This document shows, in pieces, positions 50,851-63,053 of a stretch of DNA of 64,000 bases. Below the pieces are notes generated by a model. That model had not been told where the DNA came from. It did no database searches and was given only the letters and a program-made list of their open reading frames with translations. The position numbers and the translations under genes were made by a program. Position 1 is the first letter of the stretch; each line of letters opens with the position of its first letter. The DNA comes from Orbicella franksi (taxonomy: Eukaryota), in NCBI GenBank assembly GCA_964199315.1, contig OZ116701.1, positions 14,632,001-14,696,000 of the forward strand, given 5' to 3'.

Positions 50851-51835
50851 TTTTGATTTAGTGAATAGAGCGTAAGTAGTTTTCCATGAATACACCATGG
50901 TCTGCAAACTATTGCAAAGCTGTCTATTTTAGGAAAAATAGAAATGTGTGCCAGGGACAGCATAGTGAACTGCCAAGGCCATTTTAAAATCTGAAAACTG
51001 TAAGCTTCATTTACATATACATGTGCAATGTGATAATACTTTCAGGTATCTTATCTTTGGTTCAGTTATCCATATTTACTATTATTGTGCAGAACACTTC
51101 ATAAGTGAGATGAGCAATGTTCTTTCATTTTTAAGATATTTTTTCCTGAAATTTCAGGTATATAGATTACACCTGAATTTTAACATTTGGGGTACCAATG
51201 ATTCGGGTTTCATTATCTCAGAACTTACTGAGCAAAACCAAGCAAAACCATACATTTTCTGGTTCTGCAAGAACAAAGCAACAAACTAAAGTAAAAATTT
51301 AGTCCTTTACTACCAATATGGGCCCCCTGGAGTGATTTAACTTTCACAATGACCACACCCAATACACTACATCAAAATTCTATCTCATGAAAAATACATT
51401 TCTACATTGCACTGAGAACACTTTTAATCAATAGTGTAAGAGTGAAGCTATAACATGATGAAGGAAATTTGAGCTATCATCACTCCTGTTGTCATAGCAA
51501 CCAAACCTCCACCGAAATAATACTTTTAAGTTCTGGAAACAATATCTCATAAACTATGACTTATTCCTTCAAATGCTATCATCATTTTGATTCTTTACAT
51601 GTCAACAATAAATGCTGAAAATTTCAGCCAAATTGATTGAGTTCTTTTATAAAGTTATGAGATTTTTAAGTTCACTAGTCGCAAAAAAGGAACTTTTCGG
51701 GAAACGATTGCTAAAGATCAGAGAGTTCAAATTATGTCTAAATGTCAACTTCACATCAACTTATTTACACAAAATGACTTCATTTGTTAAGGCAAACAAA
51801 TGCAAACCACAATGTCAGTAAAAAAATCATTTTTT

Positions 51836-53886
51836 CTAAGCTTTCTTTGACTGCAGCTGGGCAAGTGGCATGTCATCGTCAGAGCTACCGGAGAACTGGA
51901 GTGGGTCAACATTGTTGAACTTTCCTGCACCGTATGTTGCTTTTTCAATTGACTTTTTCTCCTCCTCTGCCCTCAGTTTTGCTAACCTAATCTTCTTTCT
52001 GGCATTCTTGTGCTGCTGGGATGACTTCCACTTTGCACTGTCGATCCTTTTCTTGTTTTTCTGGGCACTTCCACTCTCGGCATATTTTCCCCATTTGATC
52101 CCAGCCTTTTCCATTACAAGTTGCTCACCAGAAGCTCCTTCATTGAACTGGATAACAGCACCAATTGCTGCCATTTCAACCCTTTGTGGGCCATAGTACT
52201 TATGCTTGGGGGCTCTCATCCACACTAAGCTGTTTATGCTTTCATTATTGTTCTGGGAGAACCCGGGCAAACAACGGCAGAGAAGGGACTCACTACTTAG
52301 CCTTTTGAAAACTGGCTCAAGAAGCTCTAGAAAGACTGGATCCAGATGGTGGTCTTTGTTTTGAAAAGACCCAGTTCTTTTGTATTCACACCATGAATCT
52401 TTCCCTGAAGGGCAAAACTTGTGTCGTTCCGTGTTGTTGATGTTACAACTGTGATAAAGCACAGCCATAATGTCATTTTGCATGCTCTGTATGTGCCGTT
52501 TTGCTTGCTCAGAACTGATGTCACCAGAAATAACATTTCTGCGTATAGCATTCCATAGCATTTCTGGAGTTTATCAATGCAACTATCAGTGAGCCTGTGT
52601 TTTCTTCCCGCAACAGGCAGTCCATCCTTCAACTTCCCTGCATTCTTTTTTCAAAATTCACGAAGAGCTGTCCCTGCTCTTTTCTGTACATGGCCAATAC
52701 AGTCAAGTTTCATTACTCTCAGACAGTTTGCTTGTCCAAGGTCATGGTCTGATTTCCATTTGTTATGGTCATCAGAGTCGACCCATTTCTTGTATTGGTT
52801 GCTCTTTTTGTCCATTCGCTCCCACTTATCACAATCTTCACAGCACCATAAACATCCCATACACTGTTGTATGCCTTACTGTTGCCATCACAGACCATGT
52901 ATTTGTATCGCAGATTGTATGCAAGAGAATTACTCCACAGTCGTCTTGCAATATCTTTCTCCATGGCTTCACTGGATCCGGTATGATTTTCAGTACAATT
53001 TGAACTGTGAGTTGCATACCAGTTTCTAAATTCCTCTGAATTCTTTGAAACCTGTTCCTTCTCACGTGAATACTGAAGACAAATCTTTGATGCAAAACGA
53101 TAGTCCAACACTTGTCCAGAGTCAACAGAAATAACAAAACTGACACCAAAATTTGCCGTAAACCCTCGTTTCAACCAAGTGCCATCAAAAGAAACAACAA
53201 TTTCTATTACATCATCTTCAGTAAGATCTGGATTTTCCTTACGGTGAAGTTCATGAACATGTTCTCTAGCTTTTGCAAGCTTTTCTTCAACAGCATCTTT
53301 GTGTGCTTTATACAATGCTTGTGTGTGTTCATTCCAGGAAGATGGCTGGCAAGGTGGTGGCATATTCAGAATATCACATATAACAGCAATGGCTTCGTGT
53401 CCAACACCCATTTCACAAGCAGAATAAACCATGCGGCGATTTATCTCGGATGCATTTTTGGCTCGCCATTTGCCACCACAATTAGCTTCTTACATTTGGT
53501 ACACTCGATATGAATTAACGAAGCGTTTCCATACCATTTTGCTCGTCATTGAAGACTAGCTTCCCTTTCTTACAATTGTGAAGCTCTTGAAAGGTGTTCA
53601 TGAGACTTGAGAGCTCAACCAAGCGGTGACTGATTGAAGACTCCGGTTCCTCATAATACTCCTCCACAGTGTGAGTAGGTGTAACAGTTCCTAGCTTTCT
53701 TTCTGATGCAGTTTCTTTTGAGCATTCTGACTTGCTCTGGCTGCTATCTGGATCCCCTGGATCACTTTGTTGATCATTTTCCTCTGGCATAAGCTGTGAG
53801 CCTTCGCTTGCACCTTCCCGAAACTCTTGTTTTCTTCGCCAGAACGGAGTGCCGTGAAAACGATGTTTCTTAGACTTTTTTGGCAT
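51836..53886 (-). pseudogene. CxxH-type DDE transposase (Mutator-like, probably Kolobok group)
   Basis: VSFDGTWLKRG (D1), MVCDGNSK (D2), DCIGHVQKR, HKFCP..SWC, SQNNNESINS (E). At least 4 frameshifts. Candidate element end GAAACC|TTAA at 54593. Confidence 0.8.
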
Positions 53887-53949
53887 TTTCGGTGGCTAGA
53901 AAACTTTTTTATTTCAGTACCGATTTAAGATCTTTAAAATTACTAAACT

Positions 53950-54248
53950 CCAGATAAAAAACAGTTGAAAGTTACCGATAGAAACTCTCAAAGGCTTTCC
54001 ATGTGTACAAACCGATACCCCTCTGCAACTGGCATTTCAGGAGAAGTACTCTCATCAGATCCGCTTTCATCATCACTTTCCTGTAGCTTTCTCAAAAAGA
54101 CAGAGGCAAGTGGCTCCGGAATTTGTTTGCTGACCATGTCATCTTCACCGACAAACATGATCTCCACTTTACGTCTCTTCGCTGCATTTTTGGCATTTTT
54201 TTTGTGTCGGGATCCCTTTAAAAGCTTTTCTTTTTTTAACACTACCAC
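53950..54248 (-). pseudogene. Second, truncated transposase N-terminus of the same type
   Basis: Basic N-terminus, ASVFLRKL, acidic linker and EGYRFVHMESL*EFL parallel TASERKL..HRLVELSSL of the downstream copy. Confidence 0.5.
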
Positions 54249-56289
54249 TTTTCTTTAAAACTCATAGTTTTACACCAGATCTTTTCCCATTTTGGCATGA
54301 TTCCTTGCTTATAAACAAACTGAAACACGTTGCAGTAGTTCTGAATGCGATTAATCTAAGCCGCGCCTAATTTGACTGAGGAGCTTGGCCTTAGAGAGGT
54401 AATAGAAATGTTGGAATCAGATAAGGATCACTGGAAACGGAATTTGGAAAGCATTTCATCAAGAAATCTCAAAGAAAGAGCGTTGTTTATCATTCTGCTT
54501 CCATGGCAACTGATCAACATTGGCAGATTACGTCACGCAAATCACTTTTATCAGCTTTCGCAGGTCAATTTATGTGAAAAAGTCTTTGAAACCTTAAAGT
54601 AGATAAGTTAAACTATGGTTTAAGAGCTTCTGCCTGAGAGACCGGGGCAAACTTGGAAATGAAGTTCGGCTGATTTTGCTTAAAATTGGTACACAAAGTT
54701 GTTATGTGAACTTATGTAATATGCCAAAGTTTTAGGTTCAATGACCCTTTTTTACCTGAGTTCTGGATATCAGCCCCTCAGGGGTTCCCAGAGGCTGATT
54801 TTCAGTGTAATTTTGGCCACTTTTCAATATATCTTTAAGCAATGTGAAATTAACTTCAGGGAAAACCAAAACTATATTTGTAATGCTCTATCCTTAGGTG
54901 TTTCTGGGTGAAAACCTTAGCTCACGGGAATTTTTCGTTAGCCTGTGCCTGTTATCACAGCTTGGTCCTATTCGAAGCATATCGAAAGCAACTGGAAATG
55001 GCCTGTTTTTCAGACCGCATATTTTTCATGCCCATGTTTTATATCTTGAAATCTTAGTATCCTTGCAAAGTTCAATCCTTAGTTTAGTAATATCAAGAAA
55101 AAAATACTAAGGTTGAGGCTTTTTACAACGAAACAATGTAAGAGAAATTGCCTACTACGCACTTCCTGTCAAAGTCTTAATTCCTTATTAGGAGGGATTT
55201 TTAGACACCAGCCGCACAATTAACAAACAATCAGTGATTCCAAAGTAGATTATTTTAAAGGAAATATATTTCCAAACCATTAACTAGAAATTGATTTTCC
55301 TACTGACAGATTTGGAACTAAATTTTACACAGCATTTGTACCCTGTACCCAGGGTACTGGAAGGTGAGGGGGGGAGTGTAAATGTTGATAACAAGAAAAG
55401 TAATCAAAATACATTGAAACAAGTTGTATTACTGAGTGTGTAAGTTAGGTGGGAAGAGCTGAGCCAAAAAAAAAGCATTGTTCATGGAACTCTGCCTTCT
55501 CTCCATGGCAACCTTGGTTTGTCAGGCATAATTATACTAAGTTTGAGTTTTCTCATCTAATTTTGTTTTTTATTTTTTTTATTGATGTTTTCAAGTTTCT
55601 TGAGACAAACAGTTTTTTGCACCTTTTTATTCCTTTAGTACCTTCTCTCTTCCTTTTTAATTTTGTTATAATTGGCAAAAATGATATTTTGACTTCATGG
55701 AATAATCATGAAATCCAGACTGGTGGATTCAGTATGACGGATGTTTGGAATTTATGACTTTCTAACGTCACGTGCCTTCATAGCTGGCTATTCACCATTA
55801 GAATTTTTAGCCGTGAGTTTTTTTCTCCTTTCCCCTGCCAGAAGATCACAAATATCTTGTGTGACTATTGGTACTGAAATTTCTGACTTAATTGCAACAT
55901 ACCCAGAGGTGCTTTCCTTGAAGCTTCGGTCTTTGCTTCTCTTTGGTGTCGATTCTAAATACGAATACCATCGCTATGATAGAGACAGTAAGTAATTAAG
56001 CCTCGTAATACAATAGAGGGCCAGATTATTTCCTATTTCCGGAGATTACAATGTTTGAGCATGACACGTGCAGTGTCTCCACTGTGATTTAATACGGATA
56101 TTTGGCATGTGAAACTACTTAATTCATCTCCAAGCGCTTTCGATTAGGCATTGAAAATATTTGCAATTGACTGGTGGGTGGGTAGACAATTTTATTTAGA
56201 GATATTTTCTTCAAATGTGTATGCAGATGATGATGGAACAACGATCCTTGAACCAGTGGAACGAATTAAAGACATTAATGTGACTGATT

Positions 56290-56566
56290 TATACACTTTC
56301 AGCGCTACGTGTTTCTCAAATTGCTGCCATATTTTCACTGGACTCGTGCTGTCTTCAGCTTCTTTCCAGGTCCATCTATTGTATGTTTCTAATCCTTGTC
56401 TTCTAATCCATAATAAAATGAATGTGGCTTGTTCCGTAGCTGACTTCTTCAAGTATGGCCCACTGAAAATCAAGTCACAGTATTGCTTGAACTTGGCTAA
56501 TTCATCCTGCAAGTCAGTGGCATCCCAATTCATCTCGGGGGTTTTGAATCCCACAGCAGTGGCCAT
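56290..56566 (-). pseudogene. Gypsy-type gag N-terminal fragment
   Basis: MNWDATDLQDELAKFKQYCDLIF.GP..ATFILLWI..GLETYN.W; lies downstream of a PBS and LTR. Confidence 0.75.
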
Positions 56567-56615
56567 GATTTGAAGTTTTAGTTTGGTTTAATTTCGGTTC
56601 GCTTCGGTTCACTTT

Positions 56616-57171
56616 CCTATCCTCCTATATCTCTTTATGCCATAAGGCGCATAAGGCTTTGACATTCTCTTTCCAACCACTACGGTTTGCCACGAGGTTT
56701 CTGACATTCGCCCATGACTGCCACCCAGCTGTTTTCCTTTCATCTTCAACCATTCTCCTCCATGTTGTTTTGGGTCTCAAACATTGTTCTAACATTCCAA
56801 TTTCCAATCCTGGTTTCAAGCTTCGGATTCATGATCAAAGCTGTCGGCTTTTGGGTTTCCTTTCGGCTTTGACCCAAATGCGTCATTCTGCTACTGTGAG
56901 CCCTCATCGTTTCACCGATGTTGGTAGCAATTTGAATTTCTTCCGTTTCCGTAATAAACTTGTTTTTATGGGAGTGGGTTATCAATCCCCAGCCCAACCC
57001 CCAACCTAGGGGACCAGGGAGGTCACACTTCGTCTGGCCTCTACCCTTCGACCTGTTTGGCATGGGTGACCCTACCAGGAGTACAAGACTCCAGCTGACA
57101 TAGCTCTAGGGGTCACTGAGACACGCAAACCATCTCACCGCAATAAGGTGGTGACCTCGTGGGATGGTTCA
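56616..57171 (-). mobile_element. Internally deleted RTE-clade LINE (556 bp), 9-bp TSD GTTCACTTT
   Basis: 5' UTR plus RIGNWNVRTM joined near 56778 to PKTTWRR..ANRSGWKENVKALCA. TSD at 56607-56615 and 57172-57180. Confidence 0.85.
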
Positions 57172-57191
57172 GTTCACTTTAGTTTACTTTT

Positions 57192-57533
57192 ACTCCTGAC
57201 ACCATGTCATAGCAATGAACCAATAAACCAGGTAAGAGATGCATTTAAGAACATCATGTTTTGCAGATTCGAAGAACTAGAAGAATATGCAAATACATAT
57301 ATTTCTCCGAATGGAGGTGTGGGTTTGAATCCCACTCCTGACACCATGTCATGGCAATGAACCAATAAACCAGGTAAGAGTTACATTTTAGAACATCATG
57401 TTATGCTGACTCAAAGAACTAGAAGAATATGCAAATACACACAAGGATGCAAATAACTTATACGGACTCATCACATCTTCGGTCATGTGACCAGAACTGC
57501 GAACAGTGTGAAACCGGAACTCAATATTACACA
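57192..57533 (-). mobile_element. LTR - 43-nt tRNA-Leu copy - partial LTR - PBS
   Basis: Full LTR at 57347-57533 (TG..CA). tRNA-Leu 3' half with CCA at 57304-57346. Partial LTR at 57205-57297. PBS at 57192-57204. Confidence 0.85.
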
Positions 57534-58542
57534 GCTGTTGTGGTCTGATTCAAGTGCAAAGCAAGAACAAAAACTCAAAATACAACTGAACAATAACACA
57601 TAGTGTATAGTATAAAGTTTACAACAATCCGAACGTAAACTAGTATAATGTAAATACAAAACATGTCAAGCCAGTACTTGAAAATACTAATTGAATTTAG
57701 TCATTGGGTATTTAATTTAGAGGGCGAAGAGGTGGTTGTATGACTCGAGTGAATACGAATGAAGACAACGCAATATATATACTAACGCCCCGCTAATATA
57801 GCATTGTGACAAAAAGTCACATAACACCCAAAAGGAGGTTATGTAACCCATGATAAATACATTTGTAAACCTGCCCATTTGGGTTGTTCCCAGTTCTTAA
57901 AGCTGGGATAGCAGGTTCATCCAATTGTTCCTGAGCTGAATTTGGAATACCCTTAAAATTTTGCCTTACCAAACCAGCCAAGTTTCTGGTAGGAAAGAAC
58001 TGTCCAAAACAAAGTCAACTCATGACAAGAGATCTCTAAAACAACATTAAGTTTATCTTCGTTCCCAAAATGAATAATGAAGTTAAGGTTACTCTAGACC
58101 TTCAGGGGTGCCTTCCAGAAAATGCTTTTGTCATGCCTGCTTTAAAAAAAACATGGTAAACTATATATCATTGTAAAGGTAATAAACTGGAAATTCTGAA
58201 AATAACAATGCATTTTGCTATTTTTGTTTTGATAGGCACGTGCAAGCCTTTAAATGTAAAAATGACCGTACTTGTTTGTGTTACTGCAGACATCCAAACT
58301 GATTGGACATTATCAATCAGGAGTTGATGGGCTAACGGAGTGTGTGTGGCTTTTTCGATATTTCTATAGGTTGCTTAGGAAATCCCTTTTAAAGTTGGAC
58401 AGTAGAAAATTTTCTGACTGCTGTTACTCAACGGGATGTCACAGGATCAATATTTCGATTTTCGCAAGAGGCTCATACACTTTGGTGCATTGATATCTGA
58501 CAAAGATTTTGGCCAAGTTTCGTTGAAATCCGATAAATCTAC

Positions 58543-58755
58543 CCCGGCCTGATCAATCAATGACAATCAATGTTCAGAAATCCAATTGATCAATTGATAT
58601 CAATCAATGACAATTAGTTAATTGTTGAAAAACACAAAATTTTTGTTCATCTATTGGTCATTGATTTCCGATATCAATCGATTAATTGTTATTGATTGTT
58701 ATCAATTGCTATCGTTCGTTAGCCATTATCAGTTTCATCAATTGATCAGGCCGGG
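58543..58755. mobile_element. MITE with 15-bp perfect TIR
   Basis: CCCGGCCTGATCAAT / ATTGATCAGGCCGGG; ATCAAT/ATTGAT-rich interior. Confidence 0.75.
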
Positions 58756-59669
58756 ATTTACATACCCTATTTATTCATTTGAATTCACACAAAAATAAAC
58801 CTTGAGTTTTCGGCCTCGAAAGAAATACACAGTTTTCGCACCTCACTTAAGTTGTTGTCAACGTGGGCATGCCACCAACCAATGAAATGCAGCGTTGAAC
58901 TCCCCAGCAGGCTACAGTAATGCTTCCTGAGGATGTGCAATGTTTACATTTACAGTAAAGCTTTGTATCTTACATTGGCAGTACCGAAGTCTGCCGTGAA
59001 ACATTCAGCAGCTTATAAACTGAATGAGCAGATAAGTGGTAAAGAAGGAAAAGGGAAAAAAGAGGAATGATAGCAGAATAACCATGAGCCGGCCTACTGA
59101 GTCGAGTGAGGATATTTACACAATTTTAAAAAATTCTATATGCGTATTTCATCGACCTATTTGTTTTACCAGAATATGGAAAAACACTCTTCAAAGCACC
59201 GGAAAGGAGCCTTTGGAGAAGCTACCTTGGCAGAAATCAGCTATTAAACTTGTTGGTAATTCCGAGGCAATCAACTTCTGTGCCAGAAGAAGCTAAAGCA
59301 GTGCATCGACATAACATTCGCTTGCGGATCCTTGCAATTTGTGCTTCCGTTTTAAATGTGGGAATGCAAAGACCATGCAAAATCGCCTGGTCTATCAATT
59401 AAGAGACGAAAACAATCAACAAAAGCAAAGATATCTGTGCGAGAAATTGCAAGACATAAGGGATAAACAAAACAAGCGAAATTAGACTCCACGGATGAGA
59501 TCAGTTGCTGCAAAAATTGTGACTGCTCAACTGAAGGGTTGACACATTTTAATTGGCTTATCACGGTTTGTGGTTCATTGACTCGTTTAAAACATTTACG
59601 TTATTGTGGATAACCCGTTCGCATTTTAAGTTTTTAAAATAATTGTGACCGTGAAAGGGAAAACATACC

Positions 59670-60022
59670 TTAACGCTTATCCGTTAAATGGGCGCTAACG
59701 GACGGATAGCAAACGGATAGTTAACGGTCTTCACAGGATTCTAACGTTTTGTCCTAACGGTCTAACGGTTATCTAAGTGTGCCTAATGGATGATCAAAGC
59801 GTTCTAACGCTCTCTCCTAACGTCCTAACGGCTAACTAAGTATGCCTAACGGATGAAGAAACCATTCTAACGGTTGCGCAATTTGTTCTAACGGATGACT
59901 GGAGCCGTTTAATGGTTGTCTAACGGTCTACATCTAAAGAGGTTTAATGGTTGTCTAACGGTTTACATCTTAGGACGTTTAACGAATGTCTAACGGTTTA
60001 CATCTAAGGACTTCTAACGAAC
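59670..60022 (+). repeat. Irregular array of (C)TAACG(G) motifs
   Basis: About 20 same-strand TAACG-type cores, including three ~33-bp units near 59905-60020. Confidence 0.8.
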
Positions 60023-60938
60023 GAATAGCGTAGCTTTCAGTCTGATGTTAGAAACACATAATCGTGCCAAACCATTAGTCTTACACTCACGATTTTTAGA
60101 AAAAACGAATCACAAAGTGCTGATTTCATTAGTCGTCGACGAGACAAACATTAATAAAATTATTTCCACGGTGAGCATTGAAAACAAAACTCAGTGATGT
60201 AAACTATCACTTCCTTATCGAGACAGAATAACTCAGAATTCGAGTCCTATATTGTCATGTGGGACGCAAACCTAACGTCGCTAGATCCGTGTGTAAACAG
60301 TTTAACTCGCCAGTCAGGATGAACATTTTTTATTGTTTTACTCAAATGAATTTGTCGCTTGTACTAATTTTTACATAATGACTTTGCCTAGAGTTTTGTA
60401 AAAGTAACTGTTTTATCCAGCTGTGGATTTGCGAGAGATTAGGCTTTCTTGACAGAGCATGCATGCGAAAAGCGGTACCTTTTGAGGTCACGAAGCTAGT
60501 CTCGAAGCGACAGGCGTTTTGTTGACGCTGTTTCCATCCGATAAAGTTGTTTTTGTCACATACATGTAGTTTAAAATTGGTTTCTTCTGATTCAGAGTCA
60601 GACAACAGTCTATCAAAATATTCATCAAACTTTCTGCTGGAATATGGCCATTTGTCACATCTTAGAAAATGTAAACAACTTTATGCAAATTTTTGAACCC
60701 GCGCACTTTGTGAATTGAAACCAAATAATTACTCTACTTTAGTTTTTTAGTTCGTAGCACTTTATTTAAAAATTATAACTATGAATGAAGTCCTTCAATT
60801 TCAAAAATGATCTACTAATTTTATTAAAATACATTCTTATTGACTTACAAACATTGCCCCTAAATTGAGAAAAACAAAAACTACGGGCAGTTTTCTAGGA
60901 AAACTAAAATGCTTACAACAGGTGCTTTCAATTATTCG

Positions 60939-62581
60939 TTACTGTGCCCGCATGGTATTTGCGTACTTAATAGTGCGACACCTGGCAATTATTTTGGTTT
61001 TCATAAATGCCCACTGTTTATCCTTATCCTTTTCCAATTCTACAGGAAACTGGCTAAAAACTAAAACTTTTAATGAATTTAACTTATTGCTGTCCAGGCA
61101 TTGTTTGCCGTGAGAACCATCGGTGTTACTGTTCATGATTTCTTCCTTCGTGAAAAAGAAGGGAAGAAGGGTAACTGCGCATCTGTGCCTGTTTACTTCC
61201 TTTTGGAGTGCATCCCGAACCCGATGTACTTTCCTTGGGGTTACACATGTCCGAATAACGTCTTCTGCAACTGGGATTTCAACGGTGCTGTCTACGGCAC
61301 TGTTTGAACTGACGGTCCTGGCAAGAGTTGCTGGTGTAGGAGCAGCAGGGGTTTCCAGTGTACGAGAAGCAGAAGTTTCCAGTGTAGGAGCAGCAGAAGT
61401 TTGCAGTGTAGAAGCAGCAGGAGCAGCAGGAGCTGACAAATGCACTGAAAAGCTAGCATCGACTTCGGCGCTCAAACTTTCGAAAGTGTCTATGTCAATC
61501 GTCGACAGGTCATGAAGTGGCGGAACACTCGCAGACAAACTGACTGATAACGGGTCTATGTTTAGTGGGCTTGGATACTGTGAAAAAAAGAGCAGAATGA
61601 AAAAAATTATAAAAATAATAAGAAGAAATACCACACTGATTTCTGTATGGCACCCGAACGGCGACTGTCTCGCAACCTTTGTTTCTCAGATTTACCAAAT
61701 TACGAAGCGAGGGAACACTTTACGATGAAAATTTACGAACAGGATTTCAGGATAAATTTGCCCCAAAGAAACAACGCTAGCTAGCGCTTACTAGAATTGC
61801 TTTGTTCTTATCAAGGGAAATATAATGTTGGATTTCCAGGAATCACTAATTACACCTGAGAAATTCAATGAAATCTTCCACCTTTCCTACGAATGGACGC
61901 CGTATGACATGAATAGCCACTGTGATAACACTCTCTTTCTCATAGTTTGTTGAGCGAGAAGAGAAATTACGGTATTTTAAAACGCGACCATGAACAGAGC
62001 CACGCAAACACATGTGTACTAAAGAAGAAGAACACTTACCACGGTCTCTAAGGATTCTACTCGCTTCTCGATCCTTGACAATCTCTGCGCCATGTTTCCC
62101 TCCATTGCAGCGAGTGAATCTTCGAATCTTTCCATCATCTGCAAAAAAAGGTAAAATATATTTTACATATGTACATACAAACAAACAGCCCTTGCAGTCA
62201 GCATTTTCCAGAATTGAACCGAGTTAGAACGTTACTTGCTGAAACATTACTAATGCATGTGTTTACCTTACAGAGTCTTTCCTGACCCCGGAGCTGGTCC
62301 CTCAGCAGAGCGCACTCTCAGTCTTTTGCTTGAAGTAGCTGCTTTAAGACACTGATCTCGTCGCGGGTCTTGTCAGAAGTAACATTTGTTTTCTTAACTC
62401 TGGAAGCTTCGCAGTTAGCAGACCACTTCCTGTCCCTATTTTGTTGTTCCACCAAAAAAGTCTGGTATGGACCTTTTTCGGCTGACTGAAGGCTGGCTTC
62501 AGGGGTTGACTGAGGGCTGACTTTAGGGGTTAATGGCTGACTCCGACCCGTTGTCGAAGATTTTTCCGCTCCAGGTTTCCT
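60939..62581 (-). CDS. Coiled-coil + C-terminal BEN-domain protein, spliced, one TGA; 5' exons unresolved
   Basis: Exons 62581-62267, 62138-62040 and 61577-60939 join in phase 0 with GT-AG. FFTKEEIMNSNTDGSHGKQCLDSNKLNSLKVLVFSQFP..W..KTKI..RCR is BEN-like. Possible upstream exon ends at 63494. Confidence 0.7.
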
Positions 62582-62703
62582 CTAGAAATCAAGAAGATAC
62601 AATTTATCAAAACTATTGCCTACATATTGATTGCGACAACTTACACCTTCCCCCCATCTAAATTCCAGGTTACGATTCAGTCAGAATGCTAAGTCGCTTT
62701 GAA

Positions 62704-63053
62704 GGTGGCTTACTATAGTTTTGATGGATTATAACAGCCAACTTCTAACTCTTTTGAAAAATGTTTCATGCAAAGTAGAATAAAAATCTATGAGAAAGAT
62801 TTTTCGTAAACTAAGAAAATGTGAAATCAAAAATAGCTCAAAATCTGCCTTAAATATTTTTTAAAATTTTGGCTCTAAACGTGATTCACCCTTACAAATC
62901 AACTGTGAAAATTTCAATTTCTTCAAGTGCTGAAGTGGTTTTCGTTTCTTCTTAGGGTTACTTGCATCATTTTGCACGCGCGATTAATACTGACGTCTGG
63001 CAGGCAATCATAGCGCGCGCTACTGAGTCTCAGAAAAACTGTGGTAAGCCACC
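62704..63053. mobile_element. 350-bp MITE, GG..CC ends, TTAA-type TSD (Kolobok-like)
   Basis: TIR GGTGGCTTACYAYAGTTTT; flanks TGAA / TTAA. Confidence 0.75.

Noticed and set aside
50900-55120. Long terminal direct repeats or a paired TIR for the Kolobok-like transposase
   Set aside because: No direct repeat or matching left TTAA end was found, so the element boundaries are unresolved.
57030-57160. HDV-like ribozyme in the RTE 5' UTR
   Set aside because: A 7-bp helix is present, but I could not fit the P1.1, P3 and J4/2 elements.
57304-57346. tRNA-Leu gene
   Set aside because: Only the 3' half is present, with CCA, embedded between LTRs; it is a primer copy.
57205-57440. CRISPR-like repeat-spacer pattern (also 43832-43987)
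   Set aside because: Only two long units, explained by LTR or tandem duplication; eukaryotic context with no cas genes.
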